Assembly (NCBI GenBank): GCA_964016885.1
Contig: OZ024741.1
Coordinates: 101,618,001 to 101,682,000, forward strand
DNA: 64,000 nt
Source of the DNA: Eledone cirrhosa
Lineage: Eukaryota
Reading direction: 5' to 3'
In this document: piece by piece, positions 26,480 to 37,196 of the stretch
Position numbering within the stretch: position 1 is the first letter of the stretch
Layout: each line of letters opens with the position of its first letter
Program-made: the position numbers and the translations under genes
Notes under the pieces: generated by a model
What the model was told of the DNA's origin: nothing
The model's input: the letters and a program-made list of their open reading frames with translations, nothing else
Database searches by the model: none

Positions 26480-27200
26480 TCCACTATTGGCATTCTTCAG
26501 AGTACATAGGTCAAGCTAAAAAATTAAATTTTTTCAACATGTTTGCTAGAAAATCAGAAATGGGACCTCAAAACTTTAAATTTCTAAATCAAGACTGCAA
26601 CTTTCAACTCCCCAAACAGCCAAAGAATGACTATTTTAGGAATGAATGCCTTCATCAATGGCTTGCATTCCAAGTATATTTATCAATGGCTATGCAAACA
26701 AATTCCTTCTAGAAACTATAGAATTTGCCCCAAACATTAGAATCCTTTGCAAGCAGCTACCCAACTAACATAACTTTATATAGAGAAATTCCTGCCTGGG
26801 TTGAGGATGAAGTAAAGAAACCATAAAGTAGCTATAGCTACTTTAAGGTTTAAATGCTTCTTTTGCAGCAGTATCAGTAAGTGTACATCCAAAGGCTGAT
26901 GTAACAAAATGGGGCACTATATCAAAATTTGCAGATCTAGCAAGAAAACCATACTAGCTACAAGTTTTATTGCAACCACATCTGCCTCTTCTCTATCATG
27001 CCAAGAAATCTAGTACAGGCTAAAATAAAAAAACAAAATCATGGACATCCTTCTTGATATTGGCAGTGCACTAAAATTTGTAAATCACACTTGTAGTTAA
27101 GCACAACTAAAAACCCCTATAATGGGACCATTTCAATGTCTTCTACTGATCCTCAACCCCTTGGTCATGGTCATATTATAACTGATATTATTCTTGTCTT
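26480..27200 (+). mobile_element. Highly decayed Ty3/Gypsy-like gag-protease relic
   Basis: In order: caagactgcaacttt (QDCNF), gccttcatcaatggcttg (AFINGL), tgtaacaaaatggggcactatatcaaaatttgcagatct (CNKMGHYIKICRS, zinc-knuckle half), atccttcttgatattggcagt (ILLDIGS, resembling protease DTGS). No intact ORF. Confidence 0.5.
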
Positions 27201-28919
27201 TCACAAATATCACTATGTACAACGTATAGTCTTAAACAATTTATGATCATGTTATAATCAGACAGGATATAACCCAACATTCCAGCATAAATATCCAATT
27301 TGGAAGAGCTTGACTATCTGTTTCCATATGAAGCCTGACTATCATGAAAATCCCCCACCCTATATTATTTCATTCCACTACAAGCTTATATATAGCCACA
27401 GATGGAATACTCAGCCACTTATATGCTAATTTCACAAGTTGGTTGTTACATTGATTGAACAACTGGAACACTCATTGTTGTAATCCAGTAGAATTCCATT
27501 GATTTTAATGACAGTAGAGTGTTGTTGCAGCTAGATGTCATCCAGAAAGTTGGCAAAGATTTGAACAACACACTATAATCTATGTATAAATTTGAGCAAC
27601 GTACGTCACACAATATGTGTGTTTGTGTAAATGTATGTGTGTGTAAAAGGAAGGAAGGGGATGGTGAAAACACAATAGCAAAACAGCGACTGGCATTTCA
27701 TTTGCTACGCTGTGTGTATTTTTGTAAATGTATCTGTGTTTGCGTGTTTATATTTATATACTCATACATATAAATGTATGTATATTCGCATACAGACACA
27801 TATACACATACGTGTCAGTGTGTTGAAAATAATCCTAGTATATAAATGTATTGTGTTCCTCTTGTAGCTAACTACTGAGTAGTTTTCCACTTCCAAGCTT
27901 GACAAATACATACATTAGTTTTTATCTACTCTTCTTGTCATTCCACTAAGCTTTTGCACTAAAACCTTAGCTGCAGTTCTATGGATTAAAGAATTGAGCA
28001 GCCTAGTATTTCCTTGGCTTGTGCTTTTCTTATATGTTCAGCTCTCATGGTACTTGAGTGCTGATGATAAGTAATAGATTGGATTTTTTGACAGATTCAG
28101 TATGTTTGGTTATGGGATTTGAACATGTGGAAAAGGAATGGGCCTCTATTGGTTACAATGATGAATGTTCCATTTGTCTGGTCAACAGAACAGCCTATTT
28201 AAGAAATTAAGATGCAAGTGCTTGAGCATTCCTTAATGTAATCCTGTACCCATAACATAATTCCTAAGGAGATTCAATGTGACTAGGCTGGCTCTTTGAA
28301 TTACAAATGTAGTCTATCCAACAAGTTTCAAAACAGTTTCCAGCTACTCAATTTCATTCACAAGGCATGGATCTACCCAAGGCTATGGTAAATGACATCT
28401 GAGATGTTATGTAGTGGAATGAAACCCAAGACCTTATGATTGCAAAGTGATCTTAAGCATTCAGCTATACAACATCCACAGATGTAGTTATTAAGAATAC
28501 TATAGCTTGGAATGTGAAGTTTGTGAATCATAATTTGTTATGATACTGTTGAATACTGTGTGAATGACAAACTGAAGAAATCAAAAGGATTTAAAATTAT
28601 CATTAATTCTTAATATTCTGTAATGATTCAGCAGAAAATGTTTATGGTTTCTGTACTTGTTGACAGATCATTGTGAACATTTGCAGTATCAAAGACGTTA
28701 ATTTTAAATGAGATGCAGCCATAGAGTTATTTTGTACGTTTCAAAAATTGTTTGTTAATTCAAATGTTTATAGTATCTTTATTAGTGGACAGATCATTGT
28801 ACAGTATTAGGGTAAAGACTTTAATCTTTAATGTACTGTAGTCATAGTGTTGTTTTGTATTTTTCAAGAATATTTTGCTAATATACTTTCATGTGGCACA
28901 GGACAATAAGAGCAAAGGT

Positions 28920-29190
28920 AAATATGTTTGTGAAGTTATCTCCATCCACCAGCATGGCTATAAATTGTTTATGAAATGGTTTCTGTCCCCCAGTATGGTA
29001 ATAGATTGTCTGTGAAGTTGTCTTCATTCCCCAAAATGGTAGTAGATAGTTTGTGAAGTGGTTTCTGTTTCTCAACTTGGTAGTAGATTATTTGTGGAGT
29101 TGCCTCCATCTCCCAGCATGGCCATAAAGTGTTTGTGAAGTGGTCCGCGTTCTGGCATGGCTGTAGGTTTGTGAAGTGGTCTGTATTCAC
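28920..29190. repeat. Degenerate ~35-40-bp minisatellite
   Basis: About seven units resembling tttgtgaagtggtttctgtctcccagcatggtagtaga. Confidence 0.7.
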
Positions 29191-29342
29191 TGTCAATGCT
29201 GTAATATGATCATTAAATGGACTAGCACTTTCCTCACAGCCTTAGAGGATCTGTTAAAGGTTTTATATTCCTCAGCATAGTTGTTAGAAAGTTCATCAAT
29301 TTGCACGTCCCCACCCATGTATTGCTGTAGAGAGTTTATTAA

Positions 29343-29561
29343 CCCTTTTATACTGATTTTTAAAGAAATACACTTCCTATGATTTTCAAATAATTTTGAA
29401 AATAATCAAAAATTTTATTTAGTTATTAATTTAACTTGGGATGCAACTTAACAAAGTCTCTTCCATAAAATTATAATGGAAGGTTTTTTTAGATAAATCT
29501 TGACACTCTAAAAACAAGCAGTTTTGCATTGTACTGCCAGGGTAGTTTGGTATCAAAAAGG
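29343..29561. mobile_element. piggyBac-type MITE candidate
   Basis: TTAA|cccttttatac ... gtatcaaaaagg|TTAA. Confidence 0.45.
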
Positions 29562-31129
29562 TTAATTGATTTTAGTTCCCTGGGGATGATTCAGAGAAAT
29601 AATTAAATGACATCACCTGAAGTGAATGCAGAGTGTTCATTAATTTGTCTACTTTCTCAGTGTCCCTGTAGAGGGTTTTATAAGTGGCATTTGTGCACCT
29701 AATGTGTTATTAAATCTGCTACATCTGAAGATCCTGCCATGGTTAAGGAGTACTTCCTCAGCATCTCTGTAGAGGGTTTCATGAGTGGCATATATGCTCT
29801 TAGTGTGATCATGTGGCCATAGTGTGTTATTGAGTCTGATACATCTCCATGTACTACAACACACTATAATCTAGTATGTCCATTGAGTGGCTTAAGGCAC
29901 CTCAAGTATGGCAGTAGACTGTTCATTAATATATACATATATCCCCCAGCATTTACGAGTCTAAGTCTCTCTGTGTTACTGTAGGTTAGTTAATTGTCCC
30001 ACATCATAGAGGGATCATTATTAGGTATATGCAATATGCTTCTGTTGGCTATAATATATTTTAGTAGAATACACAAATGAGTTGTATGTGCATATTTTGA
30101 TCTGTTAGATAAATGTAATTCTGACAATATTGCAAAAGCTTTCAAATTTGAATTAATGTGGAAACAAATTAAATATAAAGTAACTTGTAACTAGTATTAT
30201 GGTTGAAATTATCAAAAACTTAAAGTCAAAAGGCAGATAGGTTGGTAAGTAGGTATATATACAGATTGTTATACAGATATGTAGGTAGATAGATAGATAG
30301 AGACATAAACAAAAATAGCTAGATAGACAGATAGATAAATAGCTGTGGCATTTATTGTCTGAAGATAGATACATAGGAAGGTAAGTAGCTAGCTATTGCA
30401 TGACCAGTGAACATCTTGTCAACAGTGTGAAAAAGATAGGTAGGGATATATATCAAATTACTATTTCTTTGTCAAAGTTAGTAGTTATCACGTGACATTG
30501 TTTTCTTATAAGGATACTTCATATTAATATGCACCAAATGAAGAAAATATTACAATATATTCCTACAGCCAGAACAAGTCAGTGGACAATGACAGTTTCA
30601 AGAGAACTTCTAGATTTTAATGTAAATGTAGATTCACATTTTCATGTCAACATAAAGAATGTTGTAGCTATTTCTTTACACAGTTAATTGCTAATCAATA
30701 TTTAATTTGATTCTCTGACTAATATTGATGTTTATTAAACAATGGCAGGAAAAAAAAAGAAAATTAAACTATTAAGGGAGGTAACTCTATTTCCATTCTG
30801 AGCAAGATAAATTGGCACTATCCCTTGTTTTATGATCCCAAACCATCTTTTGTCAAATGTTTATGTTTAAATTTTACCCTATCATAATTTATTTGAGAAC
30901 CCTTTAAATTATGTTCAAACGAACAATATATTAATGTAGAATTTGGTTATTTTTACAAACCACTGCAAATTGATAGATAAAAAAACAAAAACAGCCATCA
31001 TCATTTTATATCCACTTTTCTGATCAGCATGGGTTAGACAAATTGTTATGGTTTGAATCAATTCTTATCCAGAGTTACTGCAGACCATAAAACATGCCTC
31101 GCTAGTACATTCTGATGTTGGCAGGCTTT

Positions 31130-31950
31130 ATATGTCTAAATGCCCTTTCTAATACCAACCATTTCACAGAGTTTACTGGGTGCAATCTACCATGAAACTT
31201 GCACTATAGTTTGCTGGGTCCTGGGCATGAAAAAAAGTGTACTCTCTACTATACAATATCTCCATTTGATCCCCAATTCCTTAAGAGTGTACTAGATACA
31301 ATTTTTCTTAACACCAACATTTGAAAGATTGTTATTTACATAAATAAACAGTCCTACTATGTTGTTTCTATTTATTCACCAGTCACTGAACAGTGTCATG
31401 GATGCAATTGTGGAACCAGCATTATAGAGTTTGGCATGTCCTTTGCATGACAAAAGAGGTTCCTTTATCATTATGGTATCAAACCACTTCAAATGTACTG
31501 GGTACAATTTATTGTGGAACCAACACAAGGGTGGTTGTCATGAGTAAAAAGTTCTCTCTTAGCTATAATGTCTAACATTTGTTTACCAAACACTTATGAC
31601 TGAACAGAGAACTACTTATTATGGCAACAACACTAGTGAAGTCATGCCCTAGATGTAAGTACCAAGTCTCTACTTGTTGGCCTACAACTTATAGTGTACA
31701 GGGTACATTTTATTATGGCACCAAACTTAGAGGGATTGTCATATCCTTCGTGTAACAAAAAGTTATCTCTAGCATACATAGTGACTGCTTGTTTGACAAT
31801 TTCTTAACCCAGTGTACTGGATACATTTTATAGTGACACCAGCTTGAGAGAGGTTATCACGTCCTTGACATAACTAAAAAGATCCTCTTGAGCACAGACT
31901 GTCTTCATTTGCCCACTGACCATATAATACAATGTACTGGGTATTTTTGG
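31130..31950 (-). repeat. Degenerate tandem array related to RTE/SINE 3' UTR units
   Basis: Recurring gtactgggtacattt...caccaacac...ggttgtcat; begins with tgccctttctaataccaaccatttcacag, similar to the RTE 3' UTR. Confidence 0.55.
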
Positions 31951-32755
31951 ATGTACTTCTCAAGTTGAAATGGAGACTGTCTTTTTATTCAGTCCAACAG
32001 AGAAAGCAGAATTATGTACTTTATTGAGGGGACACAACAGAATGGTTGTAGCAAAACCTAAAATAAAAATAATTACATCACCATAAGAGTCAGATTACCA
32101 TTTAAAACACAGGCAATAGCAATAATCTACAATTATAACAATGATTTAATACAGATACACTGTTATAATAATTCTGTTTTATTATCAATCTGTTATAATA
32201 GTATACACAATTAAGTATTAGTCTTTTCTCATACAACTACAACCTTGTCACCAAAACTTCACGTTGAGTCTCTTAGTATCATCATGCTTCTGTGATCATT
32301 ATGATAAATGGTGGGTCCTTCCAAGACCAGTGAAATAAGGAAGTTACAAGAGAGGATTTCCTGAGCAAGTCTTCTTATTCTAACAAATAACATCATTCAA
32401 TGTGGTAAATACAGCACTACAATACATATTACTTCATTTTTGTTGACCAAATTAATCTCTTTCTTTTTCTGGTTGGTAAATTTAGTAATTTTATGAACAT
32501 TGTAAAATATTAATATTCAAAACTTACTAGAAAAATATAAAATAATTTTAATCAACAAAAATTATGAATGATTGATATTTATTCCAGGTCTGTGTTCTGC
32601 TCCAAGTTCAAATCCTGCTAAGATCTACTTCGCTTTTCATCCTTTCAGAGTCAATAATGAAAGTAACAGCCCAGTGTAGGTGCTTCCCTTTCTCATTCCA
32701 GTTGTCACATCATGGGTGTTCTGTTGGATCAAGGAAAGGAGAGTCAAGAGAGTGT

Positions 32756-34123
32756 CTATGTCTGCTTCTCACCTGTATGAATACGCCGTATGTGAATATT
32801 TAATGTATTACTTCGAGAGTATGATTTACCACAAATATCACAGCGATATGGCTTCTCTCCTGTATGATTTCGTTTGTGAATAGTGAATTCAGTACTTTCA
32901 GAGAATGATTTACCACAGATATCACAGAGAAATTTCTTCTCACCTGTATGAATACGTTTGTGTCTATTTAAGTGACTTTTAACATAGAATGACTTACTGC
33001 AGATATCACATTGATATGGCTTCTCACCTGTATGAATGCGTTTGTGTTTAGTTAACTGACAACTTTCAGAGAATGATTTACCACATATATCACAGGGATA
33101 TGGTTTTTCTCCTGTGTGAACACGTTCATGAATAGTTAATTTGGTACTTTCAGTGAATGATTTACTACATATACCACATTGATATGGCTTTTCTCCTGTA
33201 TGATAACGTTTGTGAGTAGTTAGTTTACTACTTACTGAGAATGATTTACCACAGATATCACAGTGATATGGCTTCTCACCTGTATGAATACGTTTGTGAG
33301 AAGTTACAGCACTTTTTACAGTGAATGATTTACCACAGATATCACACTGATATGGCCTTTCCCCTGTATGAATACGTTTATGAGCAGTTACATCACCACT
33401 TCCAGCAAATGATTTGCCACAGATGTCACAGAGATGTGGCTTCTCTCCTGTATGAATACGTATATGTCTAGTTAACTCACTCCTTTCAGAGAAAGATTTG
33501 CCACAGATATCACACTGATACGGTTTCTCACCAGTATGATAACGTTTGTGTCTAGGTAAATAACTACGTTTAGAGAATGATTTACCACAAATGTTACAGA
33601 TAAATGGTTTCTCTCCTGTATGAACACGTTTGTGTGTAGTTAATTTACTATTTTCTGAGAATGATTTACCACAGATATCACAATGATATGGTGTCTCACC
33701 TGTATGAATACGTTTGTGAATAGTTAATTTATTCCTTCTAGAAAATGACTTACCACATATATCACAGTGATATGGCTTCTCTCCTATATGTATACGTTTG
33801 TGAGCAGTTAATTTACTACTTTCAGAGAATGATTTACCACAAATCTTACAGTGATATGGTTTTTCACCTGGATGAATACGTTTGTGAGTACTGAGATTGC
33901 TTTTTTGAGAAAATGATTTACCACAAATATCACAATGATATGGCTTTTCTCCTGTATGAATAACTTTGTGAGCAGTGAGGTAAGCTTTGTGTGAGAATGA
34001 CTTTTTGCAGATATCACAGTTGTATAATGTTTTTTCTTTCTCTTCCTTTACATTTTCAGAAAAATCACTGCTTTTAGAGTCTGTTTCATATTTAACCTTA
34101 TCTCCAAACAATTCATTTTCCAT
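32756..34123 (-). CDS. Tandem C2H2 zinc-finger protein, 455 aa, 15 fingers; paralog of 19874-21325
   Basis: Intact ORF; ATG at 34123 (MENELFGDKVKYET) aligns with the paralog start; 15 C2H2 repeats. Confidence 0.95.
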   Translation of the reverse strand: MENELFGDKVKYETDSKSSDFSENVKEEKEKTLYNCDICKKSFSHKAYLTAHKVIHTGEKPYHCDICGKSFSQKSNLSTHKRIHPGEKPYHCKICGKSFSESSKLTAHKRIHIGEKPYHCDICGKSFSRRNKLTIHKRIHTGETPYHCDICGKSFSENSKLTTHKRVHTGEKPFICNICGKSFSKRSYLPRHKRYHTGEKPYQCDICGKSFSERSELTRHIRIHTGEKPHLCDICGKSFAGSGDVTAHKRIHTGERPYQCDICGKSFTVKSAVTSHKRIHTGEKPYHCDICGKSFSVSSKLTTHKRYHTGEKPYQCGICSKSFTESTKLTIHERVHTGEKPYPCDICGKSFSESCQLTKHKRIHTGEKPYQCDICSKSFYVKSHLNRHKRIHTGEKKFLCDICGKSFSESTEFTIHKRNHTGEKPYRCDICGKSYSRSNTLNIHIRRIHTGEKQT

Positions 34124-34879
34124 AATTTTTTGTCTCTTTCCAGAATATACAGATATTTTCCTTCTTTTGCTTTTTATATTTTGTTTCAAATGAATATTTT
34201 TCCATGAACTGTGATCTTTTTTTAAATATTAGCAGTCACTGTAAACTCCTTTAAAATCCAACTTTATTTAGAATAAAAATCATCTCATAGATTCCAGACT
34301 GAAGTAGGACCATTTTACTATTAATCTCAGCTCACTGCAAATATTTTCCAGTAATTCTACCAAGAATTTATATAAACAAAGTTATATCTCTTCTATATAA
34401 CATCTTCCTTTAGTCTTTAAAAGATGCATTTGATGTAAAAAATATTCCTTTATTCCAATGTCATCTGATATTCTGAAATATTAGAGAAACAGTATAAAAT
34501 ATAAAAGATACTTTAAAAGTACAGATTCAAAAGCAGACATATTACATATCTTCTTTACAGTTAAATTGTAGATATAAACTTTTACCTGAACAATTGCATT
34601 AATCCGTTTTCAAAGCTAAAATATGAATATCATAATATAGTAGACTTTCCAAAAACTTTATTTTCCAATAAATATATTATTTCTGTTGGATGTGATTTGA
34701 TTAAAGATTTCACTTTGGTTATAATATATCAATGGCAGCCTGAAGTTAATATTATCCCAGTTGAGCATGCACATTACAATATGTCGGCATAGGATGACAG
34801 ATAGCACACCTATTCACACACACATTATACATAGATATATGTGTATATATGTGTATATATATGTATATATATATATGAA

Positions 34880-35880
34880 CTTTTTGTATGTAGAGAATGA
34901 GTAAAAGGAAGAAGGAATACCCCTAGTAGTCACAACAGAAGGACCCGCTATCAAAATTGTCATTGATATGGTCAAAGAAGCCATTAGGAATATAAAAGAA
35001 AGAAAAGTTATTAGAGCGTCAAATATAGTTGCTGAGATGTTGAAATTATCCTGTGAAGTAGGGATTCAGCTAGTCACTCATATAGTCAACCATATAATGT
35101 ATGATAATGACATACATAATGACTAATGTAGTAATATAATCATTAATTGCTACATGAGAAAAGGTGATGCACTGGAAAGAACAATGATAGAAGCATTATA
35201 CTGATGAATCAAGTTATAAAAGTATCAAAAATTGTTTTAGCACAATTAATTAGAAAAAGAACCAGATGAGATGAAATGCAGCTTGGATTTGTGCCAGGAT
35301 AGAATACAATCAATGCCCTCCTCTTTACAAGTAATGTATCCATTTAAGTGCAAGCCACTATAAAACTAGCTTTTCTAGTATTTACAACTGAATTTGTGCA
35401 AGATTTAGAGAAAAAATTCCAGTCATGGAAACAAAACCTAGGGTTCAAAGGCCCTCAGAGTAAACTTAGCAAAGACCAAAGTCTTGGTATGTAAAAAAGA
35501 AGACAGGATCTTGCTACTATCAGGAAATGGCAGTACTCAATCTGCAGAAAAGGATTAGGTAGAAACTCTATACAGTGCAAACTCTGGGTGCACAAGAGAT
35601 GTGGGGGATCACAAGCAGGTTAAGAGAAAAAGAGATTTTGTGTGTAGCAAATGCACAAAGGAAATTAGTATTAAAAGCACTAGTGAAATAAACTTCAATC
35701 CAAGGAAGGCTCCATAGAAGTAGTTGATAGGTTTTGTTACCTAGGTGACCTAATTAGAAGTACTTGGGTGCTCCAAAAGCGTATTAACTGGAATAAGAAT
35801 GTTCAGGGAGTTACAACCTCTGCTGGTAACAAAGGGATTTTCTCTTTGAACAAAGGCTAAATTACAGGATACTTGCATAC
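34880..35880 (+). mobile_element. Heavily decayed RTE fragment, specific to arm B
   Basis: Remnants atagttgctgagatgttgaaa (IVAEMLK), gaaatgcagcttggatttgtgccagg, tgggtgcacaagagatgt (WVHKRC). Confidence 0.75.
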
Positions 35881-35964
35881 AAAGTACTCGATACTTGGGG
35901 TAGTAGAGTATGGAACTAGCTGTTGAAACGGCAAGAGCTCAGCCGCCAAGTCCCAACTCTTTAT

Positions 35965-36360
35965 AATGATAATAATGAAATTATTGTGTACAGTGCTCAG
36001 GTGCACTACAACTCATCAAAGGTGCATGTATAGTACATAGAATAATGTACAAATGTCAGGAAAATAAACAGTGTATGAGTCATGATATAATAACAATAAC
36101 AATAATGAAATATTGTGCACAGTGCCCAGGTGCACCACAACCCATCAAAAAAGTGCATGTACAGTACATAGGGCAATGCACAAACATCAGTAAAATGAAC
36201 AGTGCACACATGTGTGCATGTGTATGGAAGGGGCACATCAGGTGTAGTTTTGGCGTATTTCGGGAAGCATGAGTGTCTTAAAGGATGCAGTGTCTCGGCA
36301 GCTAACAATTGACGCAGGCAGTTTGTTCCATGTTTCAGCAACTCTGAGCGTGAAAAAATG
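35965..36360 (-). mobile_element. Two stacked CR1-group 3' ends
   Basis: 35965-36085 and 36090-36360 each match 6350-6635. Confidence 0.8.
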
Positions 36361-36995
36361 TCTGTGATGATTACATATCATCATCACCGTTTAACGTCAA
36401 TTTTCCATGCTAGCATAGGTTAGGGTATACACATACAAACTTTTACAAACAGACACATATACTTAAACAAATGTTGTTTAAATCTGTTAAATTGCCATAA
36501 GCTAGAGTGAATAATTTATATATATGTGAGCCTTGCAGAGGGCTTCTTAATCTGTATGGTAGCACCCCTTGGGAATGCTGTGAGGTCATATGAAAGCAGC
36601 ATCAAGGGGGAGTAATTTTTCTAAGATAAAATACTTATATTTTAAAGATATTTTCAATAAAATTTTTGTTGGGATTAGAATATCAGTAGAACATAGTGTT
36701 ATTATTGAATAGAAACATGACTGATTATGTATCCAGTAACAATGTTCAAATTTATATCTTTCAGATATAAATTAATTTGGAGTATTAAGTTAATGTCTCC
36801 CACACACGTTTATGATTATGAAAAATAGTCTAATAAATTGGGCATTTAAACCCATGGAGACGGAAAAAAGCGGAGAGCTTCACCCATATGACTCGGACAC
36901 ACACCTGCCGTATATCGTTAACTCTAAGTTAACTTAATATTCAAAATTCGTAACTTGCTCACGGTTTCTAAAATAGATTGTTTAATTAGGAATAG

Positions 36996-37196
36996 AAGCT
37001 TTCGCCGTATTTTTGACTGAAGCAAATTTAGCCTGATAGTGGTTTTAGAACCCTCTAAGAAGCGGAAAAAGATGAGTATTGACGTACATGGTTCGACTCC
37101 AACGTACGTAAATACTCACATTTTTCCATTTCTTAGAGCGTTCTAAACTCTACTATCAGGCTAAATTTTCTTTAGTAAAAAATACGGCGAAAGCTT
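36996..37196. repeat. ~200-bp fold-back (long inverted repeat) capped by GGTTCGACTCC
   Basis: aagctttcgccgtattttt...gagtattgacgtac / gtacgtaaatactc...aaaaatacggcgaaagctt; arms ~92 bp; centre 37090-37100. Confidence 0.9.

Noticed and set aside
34124-34189. 22-aa N-terminal extension of ZNF B in the ORF track
   Set aside because: Starts at a TTG; the ATG at 34123 matches the paralog's start.
37060-37130. tRNA gene around GGTTCGACTCC
   Set aside because: Only the T-arm is present; no D-arm, anticodon arm or acceptor stem.
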